Assembly: GCA_045863395.1 (NCBI GenBank)
Contig: BTVJ01000125.1
Span: forward strand, 1-18,675
Length of the DNA: 18,675 bases
Source: Myxococcales bacterium
GTDB lineage: Bacteria > Myxococcota_A > UBA9042 > JABWCM01 > BTVJ01
Reading direction: 5' to 3'
Part shown: positions 15,274 to 18,675 of the stretch, one piece after another
Position numbering within the stretch: the first letter of the stretch is position 1
How the letters are laid out: each line of letters begins with the position of its first letter
Position numbers and translations under genes: made by a program
The notes under the pieces: model-generated
Database searches by the model: none
Seen by the model: only the letters and a program-made list of their open reading frames with translations
What the model was told of the DNA's origin: nothing

Positions 15274-16506
15274 TCACCGGCGGCGGCCGCCTGAGCGCGG
15301 GCCCGCCGGTCCGCGACGCCCGGGCCCTCCGAGGCGCTGGCGACGCTCCAGGCGCGGCGCCCTGTCGGGGAGGTAGAGCGAGTCGTCGGCATGCACCACC
15401 GGGATCTTCCCCTGGATGTAGTCCTCGATGGCGGGCAGGTTCAGCACGAAGTCCTCGTCTGCCAGGGTGATCGCCTTGCCCACGGCGCCCGCCCGGGCCG
15501 TGCGGCCGATGCGGTGGACGTAGTCCTCGGCGTCCTGGGGGACGTCGAAGTTGATCACGTGGGAGATCCCCTCCACGTGCAGGCCGCGCGAGGCCACGTC
15601 CGTCGCGACCAGGAACGGGATGAGCCCGGCCTTGAAGTCCTCGATGATCTTGATGCGCTTGCGCTGCGGAATGTCACCGGAGATGTAGTCCGCCTGATAG
15701 CCGTTGCCCTTGAGCTTGTGGACGACGAACTCCCCGCCGCTCTTGGTGTTCGTGAACAGGATCGCGCTCTTGGGCTTCTCGCGGGCCAGCAGCCCGAGGA
15801 GCAGGCTGATCTTCTCGCGGGAGCTGACGTGGTAGAGCTCCTGCGAGATCTCCTCGACGGTGATGTGCTCCGCGCTGATGACCAGCTCCACCGGATCCTT
15901 CAGGTAGCGATAGCCGAGCTCCGCGACCGTCAGGTTGAGGGTGGCGCTGAAGAGCAGGCCCTGGCGCCGCTCGCGGGGCGGAACGGCGCGGAGGATGGTC
16001 TGGAGGTCACGGATGAAGCCCATGTCGAACATCCGGTCGGCCTCGTCGATGACGAACACCTCGACGTGCGAAAGGTCCACCACGCGCTCGCGGTAGTAGT
16101 CGAGCAGGCGCCCAGGCGTGCCGATGAGCACGTCCACGCCAGCGTCCAGCTCGCGCCGCTGCTTGTCCCAGTCCATGCCGCCGTAGACGGTGACCACGCT
16201 CAGGCCCGTGTGGACGCCCAGGGAGCGCGCGTCAGCCGAGATCTGGAGCGCAAGCTCACGGGTGGGGGCGACGATCAGCGCTCGAGGAACCCTGGGGACC
16301 GCGCGCTGCTTCTCGAGCAGTGTCTTGAAGATGGTGAGCAGGAAGCAGGCGGTCTTGCCGGTCCCCGTCTGCGCCTGACCGGCGACGTCGCGGCCAGCCA
16401 GGGTGTAGGGGAGCGCACGCTCCTGGATAGGGGTGCACTCCTTGAAGCCCGCGTCACGCACGCCCTGAAGGACGGTGGACGGAAGGGGCAGGTCCTCGAA
16501 ACGCAA
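15274..16506 (-). CDS. rhlB: DEAD-box ATP-dependent RNA helicase, RhlB-like
   Basis: Start moved to TTG 16506 (410 aa) after AAGGAGGA. Q motif GF..CTPIQ, GRDVAGQAQTGTGKT (RhlB-type), PTRELA, TPGR, DEAD, SAT, SRGLH and HRIGRTAR. Confidence 0.9.
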   Translation of the reverse strand: MRFEDLPLPSTVLQGVRDAGFKECTPIQERALPYTLAGRDVAGQAQTGTGKTACFLLTIFKTLLEKQRAVPRVPRALIVAPTRELALQISADARSLGVHTGLSVVTVYGGMDWDKQRRELDAGVDVLIGTPGRLLDYYRERVVDLSHVEVFVIDEADRMFDMGFIRDLQTILRAVPPRERRQGLLFSATLNLTVAELGYRYLKDPVELVISAEHITVEEISQELYHVSSREKISLLLGLLAREKPKSAILFTNTKSGGEFVVHKLKGNGYQADYISGDIPQRKRIKIIEDFKAGLIPFLVATDVASRGLHVEGISHVINFDVPQDAEDYVHRIGRTARAGAVGKAITLADEDFVLNLPAIEDYIQGKIPVVHADDSLYLPDRAPRLERRQRLGGPGRRGPAGPRSGGRRR

Positions 16507-16543
16507 TGGATCCTCCTTGGGCGGGTAGCGCCGGGTTGGTCGC

Positions 16544-16571
16544 ATCATAGCGGCCGGATTCGATGCGTCAA
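16544..16571 (-). promoter_or_regulatory. Sigma70 promoter for the helicase
   Basis: Minus strand: TTGACG (16571-16566)-N16-TATGAT (16549-16544), just upstream of the RBS and TTG start. Confidence 0.6.
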
Positions 16572-16756
16572 CCTGGGGGGGGAGGGGCACACCAGGCGCG
16601 GGCGAGGTCGCCGAGGGGCGCCTGAGCACCAGCCACGCCCCATCCCTCGAATGGAACCGAGGCCCGGACATTGCGCAGGGCTCTGGGCGGTGGTAGGGCA
16701 TTGGGGGGGAGGGGCCGGCTCGGGCGCACGTGGAACAGGGGGGCTGGAGGAGCTTC

Positions 16757-18169
16757 GTGACATACTCTCATCTCCCGGCAGCGATGGTCGCCGTGGCGTT
16801 TACGGCGCTCGGTGGGCACGTGGTCGCCGCCCCCGGCGACCTCAATGGGGATCAGAAGTCGAATGTGGCCGACGTGCAGTGCTGCATCCTCGTGGTGCTC
16901 CACGAGGCCGGGGGCGCGCAGGGCCCCCTTCCGCAGTGCCTCTCCGTGGGGCCCGCCATGGCGGACCTCAACTGCGATGGGACGGTCAACGTGCTGGACG
17001 TCCAGGCGCTGATCCGGCTGGTGCTGCACCTCGGGTTCCCGCCGGACGCGGACTTCGATCAGGACGGGATCCATGACGCCTGCGACCCCGACGACGACAG
17101 CGACGGCGAGCCCGACGAGACCGACTGCGCCCCCAAGGACCCGAGCCGGGGCTTCGGCGTGGTCGAGACGTGCGACGGCATCGACAACGACTGTGACGGC
17201 TCGGTGGATGTGGCTCCGGGCGCGACGCCCCTGTGCTGGGACGGGAACCCCTGTACGACGGACCTCTGCCTGGGCGCGGCGGGGTGCTCCTGGGTGGCCG
17301 CACCAGGAGCGTGTGACGACGGCGACGCATGCACCGTGGGGGATCTGTGCGTGCAAGGGCTATGCGTGCCAGGCGCTCCGCTGGGCTGCGACGACGGCAA
17401 CCCGTGCACCCTGGATGGGTGCAGCGCCGCCACCGGCTGCCTGGCCACTCCGCTCGCCGCACCCTGCGACGACGGCAGCGTGTGCACCGTTGGGGACGCC
17501 TGCGCCAACGGCGTCTGTGTGAGCGGCGCTCCCCTGCCCTGCGACGACGGCAACCCGTGCACAGCCGATTCGTGTAGCCCGGTGACGGGCTGCGCATCAA
17601 CGCCATCCTCCGGCGCTGCCTGCGACGACGGCGACGCCTGCACGCTGGTGGACCTCTGTTCCGGGGGGACGTGCGTGGGTCAGGTGCTCCTGACCTGTGA
17701 CGACGGTGACCCCTGCACTGCCGAGGCGTGTGACCCAGGGATCGGGTGCGTGGCAGCCCCCTTGTCAGGGGTCCCCTGCAGCGACGGTGACATCTGCACG
17801 GGGCCCGACCTCTGCCTCGACGGGGAGTGCCTTGGTGGCGACCCATGGTGTGGGGCCTGGGGTGGCGCGGGCTGCTTCGCGGATACTGCGGACCAAGGGT
17901 GTGACGGGTGCGGCTGCGAGGGCTGTGTCTGCGAGGTGGACCCCTACTGCTGCGAGGTCTCGTGGGACCCGACCTGCGTGAGCCGCTGCAAGCAGGAGTG
18001 CCAGGGGATCTGCACCGTCTCCGGGAGCTGCTGCGCCTCGAGCGCCGCCCCCGCCTGCTCGAGCGCCACGGTCAGCGCCTGCGTCTGCAAGACGCTCCCG
18101 GCGTGCTGCAACGACGCGTGGACTGAGGAGTGCGTCGACCAGGGCAAGGCCTGCGGCAGCGGCTGCTGA
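16757..18169 (+). CDS. Secreted Cys-rich protein: dockerin-like domain, Asp-rich Ca-binding motifs and CxDGxxCT repeats
   Basis: Start probably GTG 16757 (470 aa) after GGAGGAG. Signal peptide; duplicated GDLNGDQKSNVADV/ADLNCDGTVNVLDV; DFDQDGIHDACDPDDDSDG; ETCDGIDNDCDG; eight CxDGxxCT repeats; two C-terminal CVC...CC...W...CV modules. Confidence 0.88.
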   Translation: MTYSHLPAAMVAVAFTALGGHVVAAPGDLNGDQKSNVADVQCCILVVLHEAGGAQGPLPQCLSVGPAMADLNCDGTVNVLDVQALIRLVLHLGFPPDADFDQDGIHDACDPDDDSDGEPDETDCAPKDPSRGFGVVETCDGIDNDCDGSVDVAPGATPLCWDGNPCTTDLCLGAAGCSWVAAPGACDDGDACTVGDLCVQGLCVPGAPLGCDDGNPCTLDGCSAATGCLATPLAAPCDDGSVCTVGDACANGVCVSGAPLPCDDGNPCTADSCSPVTGCASTPSSGAACDDGDACTLVDLCSGGTCVGQVLLTCDDGDPCTAEACDPGIGCVAAPLSGVPCSDGDICTGPDLCLDGECLGGDPWCGAWGGAGCFADTADQGCDGCGCEGCVCEVDPYCCEVSWDPTCVSRCKQECQGICTVSGSCCASSAAPACSSATVSACVCKTLPACCNDAWTEECVDQGKACGSGC

Positions 18170-18242
18170 CGCCCCCCGTCTCGGGCACTGCTGCGGTGCG
18201 AGGAGGTGGGCGGTCACGCGAGGAGCGCGGACCGCCGTAGGT

Positions 18243-18674
18243 TCAGGCGCGGACGCGCCGGCGCAGGGTCAGGGCGAGGCCGAGCAGGAGGAGCAGGGCC
18301 GCGCCGGGAGACGTCCCCGCGCCGCCCGTAGCGCAGCCGCCGCTCTTGGAGCCGCCGACAGGGATCACCCCCCCGACGCCCCCGGTGTCACCCACGGAGC
18401 CGCCGGTGGTGTCCTCGCCAGCAGCCGCGTCGCCCGCGCCTGCGTCGCCGCCCGTGGGGCCCGCGTCCTCATCGGTCGAGCCGCCCGCCTCACAGACTCC
18501 GGTCTTGCAGACCTGGCCGTCGCCGCACGAGCCGCAGGAGCCTCCACAGCCGTCGTCGCCGCAGGACTTGCCCGCGCAGTCCGGCGTGCAGGAGGTCGCG
18601 CACAGCCCGCCATCGCAGACCTCGCCCGCGCCGCAGGTGCCGCAGGAGCCGCCGCACCCGTCGTCGCCGCACTC
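18243..18674 (-). CDS. 3' end of a Cys-repeat MYXO-CTERM surface protein (5'-truncated by the window)
   Basis: Not in the ORF track; translated by hand as ECGDDGCGGSCGTC...CTPDCAGKSCGDDGCGGSCGSC, a Gly/Asp linker, then SKSGGCATGGAGTSPGAALLLLLGLALTLRRRVRA*. The TGA stop is at 18245-18243. Confidence 0.9.
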   Translation of the reverse strand, partial: ECGDDGCGGSCGTCGAGEVCDGGLCATSCTPDCAGKSCGDDGCGGSCGSCGDGQVCKTGVCEAGGSTDEDAGPTGGDAGAGDAAAGEDTTGGSVGDTGGVGGVIPVGGSKSGGCATGGAGTSPGAALLLLLGLALTLRRRVRA

Positions 18675-18675
18675 C

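Noticed and set aside
15391..17076. 561-aa plus-strand ORF and the many other long overlapping ORFs in the track
   Set aside because: Shadow or antisense frames of real high-GC genes. Their translations are Arg/Gly/Pro- or Val/Asp/Glu-skewed, with no family motifs.

Overview
High-GC bacterial DNA, most likely Myxococcota or a relative: it has MYXO-CTERM-type sorting tails, several Cys-repeat surface proteins and a sigma54 promoter. The left ~5.8 kb looks like accessory or defence-island cargo. It starts with a tightly coupled four-gene operon: an AbiEi-type antitoxin, an AbiEii nucleotidyltransferase toxin (a MenA3/MenT3-like pair), a pRiA4b ORF3-family protein and an unknown alpha-helical protein. 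The operon is preceded by a twin imperfect-palindrome operator and a probable leaderless promoter. Next come a small ORF coupled to a DUF429 RNase-H-fold protein, and a convergent 498-aa protein with two winged-helix-like segments and what looks like an inactivated DEDD/YprB-type exonuclease domain. The rest looks like chromosomal backbone. It holds a Cys-repeat lipoprotein, rpmB, two paralogous outer-membrane beta-barrels, a surface-anchored clan GH-A-like protein lacking both catalytic Glu, a lipoprotein and moaB. It continues with a sigma54-driven 42-aa membrane peptide with a motif-rich regulatory region, a HAD phosphatase, a 65-aa Cys protein divergent from an orphan Rrf2 regulator, an RhlB-like DEAD-box helicase, a dockerin/Cys-repeat protein and the 3' end of a MYXO-CTERM protein. 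No tRNA, rRNA, CRISPR array, integrase or transposase was seen. All family assignments come from motif recognition by eye; no searches were run.
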